From positions 1 to 24,530 of the IMG/VR virus record IMGVR_UViG_3300036446_000028: 24,530 nt of DNA. One strand, written 5' to 3'. A program made the translations under genes and the position numbers. Shown here piece by piece: positions 1-8,988 of this stretch. The DNA comes from a virus (taxonomy: Duplodnaviria; Caudoviricetes). Under the pieces are notes generated by a model. That model ran no database searches. It had not been told where the DNA came from and was given only the letters and a program-made list of their open reading frames with translations. Each line of letters begins with the position of its first letter. Positions within the stretch are counted from its first letter, which is position 1.

Positions 1-1590
1 CGGAGGGGCGGTCTGACCTTCCGAAATGGCAATGCCGGCCACGCACAGCTTGCCGGCGGCTGCCCCAAAGTCGAGCGTTCCGCTGACGGACACGGCGTCA
101 TCAATCGAATGGATGTTGCCGATGTGCGTGATCGAGAGCCCGCCGCCGCTGGCAACTACCTCGACGGCTAGAGGCTGCGCAGCCCCCACGTCACCATTGT
201 CTACTGCCGTCGGCGTGACCGACAGGTCAAATTCGCCCACCTCAGCCGCGTCAGCGAAGTGGAGCTCACTGTCGCTGCCGTTGATCACAACCTCGAACAG
301 CGCGGCGTCCGTGCCGCTGAGCCCGAAGGTCGATGGGCGCGACGCCGTCAGCGTGGCGACGTAGGTTTCGCCCTCGGTCACATCGAAGTCGTCGCCGCTG
401 GTCATCACCGGGTTGGCGTAGTCGATCAGCAGCAGGCCCGACGAATGGTTCAGTGGCGCGGCGATGTCCGAGTTGTCCCGCACCGCAGCGCTGACATTCG
501 GTTTCCGCCCATACTGGTAGCGGATCAGTCGGTCGCCATCCGGGAAACTCAGCGGGTAGGTCAGCGCCGAGTGCGTCAGGTCGATATGCGTGGCGTCGAC
601 GCGCGCACCGGTCGCGCTCACCCAGGTCGAGCCATCAGCCGACACTTCGAAGCCGGTTATGCCGCTGGTCGGCGTGAAGTCGGTCCCACGTGAGTGGGAA
701 AGCGTTGCGCGCGTGACCGTGCCGCTGATCGCCGTCGGCTCGCTGATGTTCCAGTTCGCCGGTGCCCCGATATTGTCCCACAGCTTGGCAATCTGCCGGA
801 AGAACATGTGGGCCTGCATGTTGTGGCCGGCCGGGTCGTAGTGCACCCCGTCGCCACCATTGGCCGCCAGAGCTCCGGCGGCCGTCGCTACGTTCGAACC
901 CGCATAGTACATGTTCGGGTTCTTGTTGCTGATCGTCGCCTGCCGCGCACGGATGGTCGACCAGGAGAGATCGGTGCTGTCCGGCTGCGTCGGCGCGCCC
1001 CAGTCGGTAGGACCGAGGCTCGTGATGATCAGCGGCATCTGGGCCCGCGTCAGCCCCAGCTCGTCGCAGAGCGACTGGTGGATAGCGTCCCAGTTGTTCT
1101 GCCAGTCCGAGCCGTCGCCGGTGAAGCCGCTATTGGCGTCGCCCTCGCCATGATTGACGAGCAGGACTTGCCGATCGGCATCGACCTGGGCCGCCGCGAT
1201 GTTCGCTACGAACGTGTTGTAATGGGTCTCGCCTTCAACCAGCAGATCGCTGTTAACGCCGCCGACGGCGCCGTTGATGACGTAGAAGCGCTCACCCGGG
1301 TAGGTGGCAGTCAGGCTGACGAGCATCGTCCGCAGGCCTTCGCCGGGCGGGTCGATCCAGACGTCGTTGTCGTTGTCCCAGAAAAAGCACGTATCCGCCG
1401 GCAGCGATGGTGAAAAGCCGGTTCCTGTATTGAAGAAGAGCATGTTGCTCTGACCATAGGTCAGCAACACGTTGATGCGGCCCGGCGAAGGGCCACCACC
1501 TGTAACTGGCCCCTGCATATGGGCAACGCCCACGCCATCGGCCCACCCGCCATGCAGGCCAATCCTGTCCATGGCGAGCCGGTAGGCCAT
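1..1590 (-). CDS. SASA/SGNH-family (sialate O-acetylesterase-like) protein with C-terminal beta-rich/cadherin-like region; probable virion appendage; 3' end beyond the window
   Basis: Not in the ORF track because it has no stop in the window. Manual translation from ATG 1590 (TGATG overlap with the upstream gene) is open for 530 codons: MAYRLAMDRIG...VLLTYGQSNM...NGAVGG...VNHGEGDA...GDGVHY. GQSN, GExD and DxxH match SASA/SGNH catalytic blocks. Confidence 0.85.
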   Translation of the reverse strand, partial: MAYRLAMDRIGLHGGWADGVGVAHMQGPVTGGGPSPGRINVLLTYGQSNMLFFNTGTGFSPSLPADTCFFWDNDNDVWIDPPGEGLRTMLVSLTATYPGERFYVINGAVGGVNSDLLVEGETHYNTFVANIAAAQVDADRQVLLVNHGEGDANSGFTGDGSDWQNNWDAIHQSLCDELGLTRAQMPLIITSLGPTDWGAPTQPDSTDLSWSTIRARQATISNKNPNMYYAGSNVATAAGALAANGGDGVHYDPAGHNMQAHMFFRQIAKLWDNIGAPANWNISEPTAISGTVTRATLSHSRGTDFTPTSGITGFEVSADGSTWVSATGARVDATHIDLTHSALTYPLSFPDGDRLIRYQYGRKPNVSAAVRDNSDIAAPLNHSSGLLLIDYANPVMTSGDDFDVTEGETYVATLTASRPSTFGLSGTDAALFEVVINGSDSELHFADAAEVGEFDLSVTPTAVDNGDVGAAQPLAVEVVASGGGLSITHIGNIHSIDDAVSVSGTLDFGAAAGKLCVAGIAISEGQTAPP

Positions 1591-1862
1591 CAGGCGGCGA
1601 CCGTCACGACAGTTGCCGTGCCTTCGTCGGCGCGGGCATAGACATCGTCGCCCGTGGTCAGGCCGGCCCACGAGAAGGCCAGCGGCAGCTTCCCGTTACC
1701 ACCGATCAGGATGTAGTCGGTCGTGGCATCTGAGGGGGTCGACGAGCCGACGTGAATGCGCACGTTCTTGCCCGACATGTACTGAACAAGGCCCGATGCG
1801 GAATCAGCCGCGAGCTGCGTGTAGCTGGTGGTCAGCGAGTCGTGATCGGTGCTAGCCGCCAT
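1590..1862 (-). CDS. small phage protein (90 aa, beta-rich), possibly structural
   Basis: C-terminal part of track ORF 1590..2084. ATG 1862 has SD GGAGGG at 1871-1876, overlaps the portal stop and is coupled to the next gene. Confidence 0.75.
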   Translation of the reverse strand: MAASTDHDSLTTSYTQLAADSASGLVQYMSGKNVRIHVGSSTPSDATTDYILIGGNGKLPLAFSWAGLTTGDDVYARADEGTATVVTVAA

Positions 1863-4167
1863 GGGCATTGCCCTCCGGTTGTGCTGCGGCGGCGAGACTG
1901 GCCGCCGTGGTTGCGATGGTCTTGTCCGTGCCGGCCTCGGTCTGGGCGATCTTTTCCTGGAGCAACTGCAGCTCCAGCGTGCCCTTCTCCATGTCCTGAG
2001 CGTGCCGCTGCGCCGCGTTGGACCGCTCGAGCTCGGCCATGGACCGCTTGTCGTCGCGCTCCATCTGGCGGGCCAGCGCGTCATCGGCTGCCTTGGCTTC
2101 CTTGATGCGGTTTTCGACCGCCTGGGTTTCCTGTGCGGTCAGGGCCTTGATGTTTTCGGTTTCGGCGTTCTTGCCGTCGACCAGCGCCTTGGCCTGCGCT
2201 TCCTGCTGGCGCAGTTCGAATTCAGCCTGGCTGGCCTGCTGTTCGGCTTGTGCCTTTTGCTGCTCGGGGCTTGGCTGAGGCGGCTGCTTGCCGGCCTCCC
2301 TCGCTTTGGTGATTTCCCGGTCGAGCGCGTCTTCGGTCGACTTGCCCAGCGTGAACAGCCGCGCCGTCGCGGCGTAGATTTCGATCGCGCCTTCCTTTGA
2401 GATGACGCCCGCATCCACCGCCGGACCTGCCGACTGGAAGAACGCGGCCGAACCCTGCAGGAACTCGGCCTGCTCCTGTTTCTTCTGCGTGAGATCGGCG
2501 CGCACCGTGGAATCGCTCTCCACGTCGATGCGGTACATGCGCGTCACGTCATCGTTGAGCAGATGGTTCAGCGCTTCCATATGGGCCAGCTTCTGCCGGC
2601 GCTGCTGCTCCATCTGCTGGTGCTGCGCTTGGGCCTGCTGAAGCTGCTGCTGCATTTCAGGCGTCAACTGCTGTCCGGCCGGCGGCGCGGGCGGGGGAGG
2701 GATGGGCGCCAGGTCCTGCGGCGTCGGCTTGAGCTGGATGCCCGTCATCGCCTGCAGTGTCTCGGCGGAGAATTTGTCCGGGATGATCTCGGCCATCATC
2801 ACGAACAGATCGCGTGCCGCCCGCTCCATCATGCGCTGCATCTTCTGGATGCGAAGCGAGCCCCACTGGCTCTTGATCTGCTGGGCCGTGGCGGTTTCGG
2901 TCGCTCGGGTCGCGCCGCGAACGATGTCCGAAATGCCGGTGATCTCGTAGATCGCCTGCTTGGTCTGCTCGCGATTGGCATAGAGCTCGCGCAGCGCCTG
3001 GATGAACTTATCGATCGGCCAGAAGGCGACGGCCTTCTCGATGCCGCCGTGCGATGCCCATAGTTCCGGATTGGCCACCGGGACGAAATCCACGTCGCCC
3101 GCGTCCAGCATGTTCGCCAGTTCGGTCGCGTCGCCCGCATACCAGCCGCGGACGCGCATCTGGTTGGTGATGACCGCAATCCGGCGGGTGGTGATGTCGA
3201 GCTCGTCGGCAAGCTTGCGGTAGATCGCGAACGGGTTGACCGGCATGAGCCGGGCCGTCAGTTCGATCGGCTGCATGGGCGTGCAGATCGGGAAGAACTT
3301 CTTCAGCCCCAGCGGATCATGGATGATCTTGAGTATCTTGCCCGTCGTCTCTTCGACGAACCATACCCTCCGATCCTTCTTCGACCAGACTTCCCAGACG
3401 ACAACGTCGTTGTCGGTTTCGCCCTTCTCCAGCTTGTCTTCCGGAAGGGACTGGGCGTCGGTGATCGCCTTGTCGGCAAACGCCTCGAGGTCTTCCATCG
3501 GAATGGCGTGGCGGAAGGCGTCCCATGGACGATCTTCCCAGCGCTTGGCCGGGCCATGACGGTAGTCGCGCCAGCTTACGGCTTCGAAGCTGAGCCGCTC
3601 GTTTTTGACCGTGGGGCCATCACCGGATTCTGCTTCGTCACCGGGCTCTTCTTTTGCAGCGCTCTCTCGGCCGCCCGGGCTTTCTTCTGCGAAGTCCTCG
3701 GCCAGTTCGCGTAGCTCATCGCTGCCCTCGCTCACGTCAGCCTTGAAGCGCAGGCGGACCAGCCCACGGCCGGCTAGGAACGCGTCATGCGCGGCTTGTT
3801 CCAACTCGATCTGCAGCCGGCTATCATCCACCTGAATGCGGATGGTTCGCTCCAGCAGCTCGGAACCGTCCTTGGCTACCGGATCGTCATCAGCGAAACG
3901 GCGGCGGATGTCGGGCTGCGGCGGCGAGTTGATAATCGCCGGCACGATGGTTTCGACATTGGCGTAGAGGATGTTGAAGTCGAACTTGCCGGCGGTCGCG
4001 CCTTCGGTGAGGCCTTCGCCGGTATAGGCGGCCACAGCCTTCTCAGCGTCGTCCAGCCACGTCTTTTCGAGCTTGGCGCTGGCCTCGATGCGTTCGATCC
4101 ATCGCTTGCCTTCCTTGCGCAAGGCTTCGCCGTCCGGCTTCCGCCGCTCGGTCTTCGTCTCTGCCAT
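1852..4167 (-). CDS. phage portal protein (long, P22/podovirus-like, C-terminal coiled coil)
   Basis: 771 aa directly after TerL; FNILYANVETIVPA and YEITGISDIVRG-ETATAQQIK motifs; Q/A/E-rich helical C-terminus. Confidence 0.88.
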   Translation of the reverse strand: MAETKTERRKPDGEALRKEGKRWIERIEASAKLEKTWLDDAEKAVAAYTGEGLTEGATAGKFDFNILYANVETIVPAIINSPPQPDIRRRFADDDPVAKDGSELLERTIRIQVDDSRLQIELEQAAHDAFLAGRGLVRLRFKADVSEGSDELRELAEDFAEESPGGRESAAKEEPGDEAESGDGPTVKNERLSFEAVSWRDYRHGPAKRWEDRPWDAFRHAIPMEDLEAFADKAITDAQSLPEDKLEKGETDNDVVVWEVWSKKDRRVWFVEETTGKILKIIHDPLGLKKFFPICTPMQPIELTARLMPVNPFAIYRKLADELDITTRRIAVITNQMRVRGWYAGDATELANMLDAGDVDFVPVANPELWASHGGIEKAVAFWPIDKFIQALRELYANREQTKQAIYEITGISDIVRGATRATETATAQQIKSQWGSLRIQKMQRMMERAARDLFVMMAEIIPDKFSAETLQAMTGIQLKPTPQDLAPIPPPPAPPAGQQLTPEMQQQLQQAQAQHQQMEQQRRQKLAHMEALNHLLNDDVTRMYRIDVESDSTVRADLTQKKQEQAEFLQGSAAFFQSAGPAVDAGVISKEGAIEIYAATARLFTLGKSTEDALDREITKAREAGKQPPQPSPEQQKAQAEQQASQAEFELRQQEAQAKALVDGKNAETENIKALTAQETQAVENRIKEAKAADDALARQMERDDKRSMAELERSNAAQRHAQDMEKGTLELQLLQEKIAQTEAGTDKTIATTAASLAAAAQPEGNAHGG

Positions 4168-4173
4168 GCTGTG

Positions 4174-5580
4174 TCAGCCCCTTGCTCGGCGCCTGCGGAC
4201 CAGGGCCTCGACCGCATCCTTGACGGACATGTTGCCCTGGATGCTGCCGTTCGGCCCCGCGGTGTAGGCGAGTTCGGTCGGTTTCTTCGGTGGCGGCGCG
4301 GCCTTGATCGCATCGCGCCATGCCAGGCCCAGATAGCGCCACGACGAGCCGATGTGTTCCGCCCAATCTTTCACCGGGTTTTCCCGGAAGGTCTTAAGGT
4401 CGTCGTCCCACTCGCGTCGGTAGTTCTTGAGGCCGTCCGTGCCCGTCTCGACACGCTGGCCGCGCTCATCGTCCCCGAGATGGAAGTCGGCGACCTTAAT
4501 CGCCTCTCGGCCGGCGTGGATGCCTTCGGCTACGGCGATGCGCTTGACCAGTTTGGGCTTTCGCTTGGCCGCCTTCAGCAAGTCCCATCGGGTGTGTTTG
4601 GCGCCCCAGATGAAGTCCATGACGTCATCCGGGACATAGTCGTCGCCGTGATAGCCCTTGCCGTTGAGCCAGCCGACCCATTCCTCGAGGTCGTCGCTCT
4701 CGGGCCGGTAGAAGTCCACGATCTTGAGCCGGCCGCCGATGACCTGAAAGCACCAGATCGGGTTATTGACGGCCTTGCCCAGATCCCATGCGGTATGCAC
4801 CGGGTGGTTCGGATCGATGGGAACCAGCCCCATGCGGCCGTCACGCTCGGCCTTTGCGAGTTCCGCGCCCCAGTAGGCGCCGATCATCGCGCCGGCAAAT
4901 GAGCAGAGATATTCCTGTTCGAAGATCGCAAGGCCCAGGTCGATGCCGTGCAGGTCCTGGTATTCTTTCAGCGCCTCGGCAAGGTCGGCAGCGGATAGCG
5001 CGCCGGTGTCCTCGGCAGTCAGCAGCTCCGCGAACCACGTCTCGGGTTGAGCCTTAGCCCGAGCGTACATCGTCCGGGCGTGGTTGTTGCCGCGAGGAGT
5101 GGTGATGAAGGCTGCGAACCCGCCAGTCTCGCGGATCATCGGCGAGTGGTACGCCCAGGCGCTGGGGTTGCTCAGCGCCCATTCGGAATAGGCGATGCCC
5201 TTGGGGCCCGAACCGACGGTGCTGTCGTAGCGATCCGAGCCGATGAGCTGAAACGTCGCGCCGTTCTTCAGCTCGATGAACATGTCGTCGTCCTGCATGC
5301 GCTCGATGAGCGGCTGCGGGAACGCCTCGAATATCCTTCGCTTGCCGGTGTGGCCGTTGACGCCGTTCCAGATCGCCTTGCGGGCCTGCTTCTGCTCGGG
5401 GAAGCAATGCCAGTAGGTGCCTGGGTCCTTCAGCGCCAGCTCACGCATTGCGTTCAGGACGATCTCGTCCTTGCCGGCGCGACGATGCCAGATGGCCATC
5501 AGCCGATCGTGCGTTCGGTTGACCAGTGCCTCGTGGAAGCTCCGCTGATACCAGCGGACCCGAAACTGGTGCAGCGTCAC
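4174..5580 (-). CDS. terL: terminase large subunit
   Basis: Walker A WHRRAGKD, Walker B GIAYSEW, coupling motif FITTPRG, nuclease motif TAWDLG. Likely start is GTG 5580, overlapping the terS stop (GTGA), not 5778. Confidence 0.92.
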   Translation of the reverse strand: MTLHQFRVRWYQRSFHEALVNRTHDRLMAIWHRRAGKDEIVLNAMRELALKDPGTYWHCFPEQKQARKAIWNGVNGHTGKRRIFEAFPQPLIERMQDDDMFIELKNGATFQLIGSDRYDSTVGSGPKGIAYSEWALSNPSAWAYHSPMIRETGGFAAFITTPRGNNHARTMYARAKAQPETWFAELLTAEDTGALSAADLAEALKEYQDLHGIDLGLAIFEQEYLCSFAGAMIGAYWGAELAKAERDGRMGLVPIDPNHPVHTAWDLGKAVNNPIWCFQVIGGRLKIVDFYRPESDDLEEWVGWLNGKGYHGDDYVPDDVMDFIWGAKHTRWDLLKAAKRKPKLVKRIAVAEGIHAGREAIKVADFHLGDDERGQRVETGTDGLKNYRREWDDDLKTFRENPVKDWAEHIGSSWRYLGLAWRDAIKAAPPPKKPTELAYTAGPNGSIQGNMSVKDAVEALVRRRRARG

Positions 5581-6032
5581 TTCTTCGGTGGCGCTTCGTA
5601 GATGGTCTGGAACGTCATCGTGCCCGAATGCGCAGTTTCCGACTTGTCGCTCAGACCAAGATCGCGGGCGATGATGCTGGGGTTGAGCAGCCCGGCCGAC
5701 GCGCCCTCGAATTTTTGCGTTCGGATGATCTCGTCCACCCGCGTTGTGATGTCCGCAAAACCATCGGCGTCTCGCCACACGTCCCAGGTCGTGCGCGAGA
5801 TATCAAGGAAGATGCACAGGCCCGTCACGGTCATGGCCCGCATCTTCGGAAGCTCTTGCAGCTTCACGTCGCCTTGGTAGGCGAAGGCTTGCGATTCCTT
5901 CAGCGGGTTGGCTTCCACCCACTGGAAATACTCGCAGCAGGCGTCCCACAGGGCTTCTGCTGTTTCGAACTTGGGCTTGCGGCCATGCGAGCTGCGCATT
6001 TGCCAAAAGCTGTTGCCTTCGGGCGCTGCCAT
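5577..6032 (-). CDS. terS: terminase small subunit, P22 gp3-like
   Basis: MAAPEGNSFW..RSSHGRKPKF..ACCEYFQWVEANPL..KMRAMT..IIARDLGL closely follows P22 gp3 as recalled; immediately upstream of terL. Confidence 0.92.
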   Translation of the reverse strand: MAAPEGNSFWQMRSSHGRKPKFETAEALWDACCEYFQWVEANPLKESQAFAYQGDVKLQELPKMRAMTVTGLCIFLDISRTTWDVWRDADGFADITTRVDEIIRTQKFEGASAGLLNPSIIARDLGLSDKSETAHSGTMTFQTIYEAPPKK

Positions 6033-6426
6033 TGGATCACTCTGCTGAAATACCTAAGGGCGCCGCACCCTGCTTCGCGCGGTAGATGGGACGCGGTTTC
6101 TCTCGAAGGCCGCACGCCGCTTTCAGGTGCTCTGGAAACACGAGGGACGGCGAACCTGTCGCTCGCACTGGCGCGAGGCTGCCGTCCCCGGGAGATGCGC
6201 CGTGTCGACCCGACGACTTCGCGGAAGGCGGGTCACACCGCCGCGCCGCGCGCGCTCCGCCGGGCTTGCTGCTAGGCGGGACCTTGGAAATTCGGCAATG
6301 CTTCGCTTTGGGCGGCCACTGCAGTAGGGTGGCCCAGATCGGTAGCGCCTCGGCATCTAAGGCTGGCGCTGCTCACCGGTCGTCTGCATGGGTGTGGTAT
6401 TTGACTACCGCTGATTTGGCAAGTGC
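6033..6426 (-). promoter_or_regulatory. putative late promoter and long structured leader
   Basis: 394-bp gap between the nusG-like gene and terS. Candidate TTGCCA(6422-6417)-N17-TACCAC(6399-6394). Stems at 6144-6188, 6202-6238, 6314-6334 and 6342-6372. Confidence 0.5.
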
Positions 6427-7035
6427 CTATGCCGCCGCTAGATGTTCCAGCGGTACCGTGATCTCCCGCTCGCTGCCGAACATCGCCATCACCACCTTGG
6501 CCATGTCGCCTTCAATCCGGTCAATCGTGACGACTTTGTCTGCGAACCCTCCAGCGTCAAATTCCGCCGATGCCCGCATCCAGCCCTGTTGCCATCGCCC
6601 GATGCGGACGGCGTCGCCGGCCTGCAGGCGCTGATCCTCGATCTCGTCAACGATGCTCTTGGGCGGCAGCCGAAACAGCTCCGGTCCATAGCGGTGGTGC
6701 TGCCGAACGATTTCCTTGGGCCGGATCAGCGTGGGGAGCCCGTCGCTCGTTATCGACACCACGCCCGACAAGAGCGGCTCGAGCAGCGGATCCTCGAATA
6801 GGCTGCGCCAGGCCGGCGTGCGCGTTTCAAAGCCTGTGATCAGATAGGGACCGAGGTGCGGCAGCGGGAAGCGTGTCACCGACTTGCAGTGCCGCGATCG
6901 GCGCCGAGCTCGCCATTCGTGGGGCAGGGCGGTTTGAAACCCCCGGTCCTGCAGAGCCAGCGCCGCTTTGAATACGCGGTTCGGCCGCGCCCGCAGCAAG
7001 TACCAGTGCAGCGAGAGAATCTGTTCGTCGAGCAA
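6427..7035 (-). CDS. NusG/RfaH-family transcription antitermination factor (phage paralog)
   Basis: NGN start HWYLLRARPN, PYLITGF, and KOW-like C-terminus GDAVRI...KVVMAMFGSEREITVPLEHL. TTG start with SD GGGGG. Sits in the lambda-Q position before the packaging genes. Confidence 0.85.
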   Translation of the reverse strand: MLDEQILSLHWYLLRARPNRVFKAALALQDRGFQTALPHEWRARRRSRHCKSVTRFPLPHLGPYLITGFETRTPAWRSLFEDPLLEPLLSGVVSITSDGLPTLIRPKEIVRQHHRYGPELFRLPPKSIVDEIEDQRLQAGDAVRIGRWQQGWMRASAEFDAGGFADKVVTIDRIEGDMAKVVMAMFGSEREITVPLEHLAAA

Positions 7036-7060
7036 GTGGAGCCCCCAACATGGTCATTGG

Positions 7061-7085
7061 GAGCCGGGGCAGGTGAGGCGAGAAC
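7061..7085. repeat. 25-bp element, inverted copy of 14986-15010 (24/25)
   Basis: GAGCCGGGGCAGGTGAGGCGAGAAC versus the reverse complement of 14986-15010, GAGCCGGGGCGGGTGAGGCGAGAAC. Confidence 0.93.
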
Positions 7086-7091
7086 GGTATC

Positions 7092-7120
7092 CTTATACCG
7101 CAGCCTACTCTCGTGGTCCA
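7092..7120 (-). promoter_or_regulatory. putative sigma70 promoter of the nusG-like gene
   Basis: TGGACC(7120-7115)-N17-TATAAG(7097-7092); predicted TSS about 7085. Confidence 0.55.
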
Positions 7121-7127
7121 GACTTAG

Positions 7128-7535
7128 TCATCCGGCCGACCTGATGGTCATATTTTCCGGTTTTGACCGTTTACTGACCTTCGGCGCGACGCTGGTCGCC
7201 GACCCGCTGGCGCGCTTGGCATGAACAGTCACGACATATTCGTCCTGCTGCCCCAGGGCTCGGAGCACTGCTGCCGGCTCTTTGGCAATTACGGTCAACA
7301 GGACGCGCGACGCGGCGTCGATGGCGAACCGCGCCTGTTCCCAGTCGCGCACTCGCCCGGGGGAAAACCCGAACGCCTCGGCGAACTTGACCTGGCTTAG
7401 TCCAAGGCCCTTTCGAATGCCCTTCAGGTCTACCTCTTCCGGAATGTGCGTGACGAAGCCGGCGCGCTCCCCTTCGACATACTCCAAGGTGTCCTGCAGC
7501 CCGGCCATGATTTTGCTGAACGCGTTCTTGGTCAT
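7128..7535 (-). CDS. higA: HigA-like XRE-HTH antitoxin
   Basis: IRKGLGLSQVKFAEAFGFSPGRVRDWEQAR HTH; ATGA-coupled downstream of a RelE-family toxin. Confidence 0.85.
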   Translation of the reverse strand: MTKNAFSKIMAGLQDTLEYVEGERAGFVTHIPEEVDLKGIRKGLGLSQVKFAEAFGFSPGRVRDWEQARFAIDAASRVLLTVIAKEPAAVLRALGQQDEYVVTVHAKRASGSATSVAPKVSKRSKPENMTIRSAG

Positions 7536-7885
7536 TTTCCCTTGCCTTCCTTTTTTACGTACGCCTCGGCAATCGCCTTAACGGCCACCCCGAGGTCGTT
7601 GCGCTCCGCCTTGGACAGATTGTCCTTTTCGTTCTTGCCGAACACCGACAGCAGGAACACCGGCAGGCCTTCGTCGTGATAGAACGATACCACCCGATAG
7701 CCACCGCGCTTGCCCATCCCCGGCTTTGCGAACCGAAACTTGCGCACCCCGCCCGCACCGGCGATCAGGTCGCCCATCTGCGGGTTATCGGCGAGTGCTT
7801 CAACGATCTCAGCGCGAACGTCGTCGGACATGCCAGCAGCCTTGGCGGCGGCAAGAAACGACGGGGTTTCGACAACGGTGTGCAT
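7532..7885 (-). CDS. higB: RelE/HigB-family toxin
   Basis: MHTVVETPSF..GDLIAGAGGVRKFRF..GKRGGYRVV..FGKNEKDNLS. Likely start is ATG 7885, since the track start lies inside the promoter. Confidence 0.88.
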   Translation of the reverse strand: MHTVVETPSFLAAAKAAGMSDDVRAEIVEALADNPQMGDLIAGAGGVRKFRFAKPGMGKRGGYRVVSFYHDEGLPVFLLSVFGKNEKDNLSKAERNDLGVAVKAIAEAYVKKEGKGK

Positions 7886-7892
7886 GCGCCCG

Positions 7893-7947
7893 TATGTACG
7901 GGCTGCCCGCACCGTTGTCAATGGGGAATATACGGGCTGCCCGCACC
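7893..7947 (-). promoter_or_regulatory. higBA promoter with two palindromic operators
   Basis: TACGGGCTGCCCGCACC at 7897-7913 and 7931-7947; TTGACA(7921-7916)-N17-TACATA(7898-7893). Confidence 0.8.
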
Positions 7948-8006
7948 ACAGAAGGAGCCAGATGTGGTTCCTTCTGCGTGGGCAATCTGGGGACGCGTAG
8001 CCCTGC

Positions 8007-8192
8007 CTAAGCTCTCGGCAGCCTCAACTGGCAAGACGTGCAAGAGCCGCTGAGCTTGCCGATTATCTTCTCCTTCCACCAGTGGAAGGTGTGCCGCTCG
8101 CATTTCGGACAGTCGATAATTCCGACGTCTCCGGGCTGTGGTTCCAGTTTAGCGATATCGACCAGCGCCTGCATTGCGGGAGGGAGCTTCAA
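8007..8192 (-). CDS. small zinc-finger protein (CxxC...CxxC)
   Basis: CPKC and CTSC; TTG 8192 overlaps the upstream stop (TTGA). Confidence 0.6.
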   Translation of the reverse strand: MKLPPAMQALVDIAKLEPQPGDVGIIDCPKCERHTFHWWKEKIIGKLSGSCTSCQLRLPRA

Positions 8193-8986
8193 GCCGCCGC
8201 CTTCCGCCGCTTGCGGGCCTTCTTGAACCAAGTGCTGGCCATCGCCCTGTACATGGGCACGCGATGGGTGGCAGCGAAGGCCTTGGCGTCGGCGTCTAGG
8301 GTCAGCCGGGCACCGTCAATCGCCAGCCAGAGCATGTCCGCGTCGACCTCGTCGAATTCGGCGTCGGTCAGCAGCAACTCGGCGGCCTTCATGTGTTGAC
8401 TGGTCACCGGCGCCAGCTTGCCCTTGGCCAGTTGCTCCAGCACGACTGCGGCGCGACGGTCGCCCCATTCCTTACGCAGCGCCGATATCCCGCCGACGGC
8501 GATGGTTTCCCCGTCGTGGTAATCGCCCTTACTGGCCGGGTACCGCAGCACCGTGAGCCCGGCACGCTCCGCCACCATGATCACCGCCAGCGCGTCGGCA
8601 TCGCCGGCTGCGTGCTGCGCCCAGAACAGCTGCAGGCTCGACACGTTGCGGCGATCCTTGTTGATCGCGACGAAGTTCTCCGCCTCGCCGGCCGTGCCGT
8701 CGGTTTCGATGATGACGGCGGGCACCACCGTGATCGCCGGATGCCGTTTGGCTGCCTCGAGCCGATGCTGACCGTCAGTGACGTGGTATCCGCCCTCGAC
8801 CTTGGCGACGACGATCGCGCCAAAGCTCGACCAGGTGAACCACTCCAACATTCGCTGCACGCGCGCCTCGTCGAGCTCGCGCTGATAGGTCGGGTCCACG
8901 GTGATCAGATCCTTTTCGATCCAATCTAGCACCGGCGGTTCGCCAGGGTCGCGATATGCCACCGCGACCCCCTCCAAATCGGCCAT
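8189..8986 (-). CDS. ParB/Srx-like N-terminal domain protein (DUF6551-like)
   Basis: VDPTYQREL and YHVTDGQHRL motifs; likely start ATG 8986, just after the upstream stop. Confidence 0.8.
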   Translation of the reverse strand: MADLEGVAVAYRDPGEPPVLDWIEKDLITVDPTYQRELDEARVQRMLEWFTWSSFGAIVVAKVEGGYHVTDGQHRLEAAKRHPAITVVPAVIIETDGTAGEAENFVAINKDRRNVSSLQLFWAQHAAGDADALAVIMVAERAGLTVLRYPASKGDYHDGETIAVGGISALRKEWGDRRAAVVLEQLAKGKLAPVTSQHMKAAELLLTDAEFDEVDADMLWLAIDGARLTLDADAKAFAATHRVPMYRAMASTWFKKARKRRKAAA

Positions 8987-8988
8987 CG

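Noticed and set aside
26-1413. Plus-strand ORFs at the left end
   Set aside because: Shadows of the long minus-strand esterase frame.
3787-4902. 371-aa plus-strand ORF (similarly 13000-14001 and minus-strand 17156-18283)
   Set aside because: Antisense shadows of portal/terL, dnaB and the integrase; no recognisable motifs.
6405-6411. ops-like GCGGTAG on the minus strand after the nusG-like gene
   Set aside because: Only 7 nt match GGCGGTAGnnTG, and it falls in the spacer of the candidate promoter; likely chance in GC-rich DNA.
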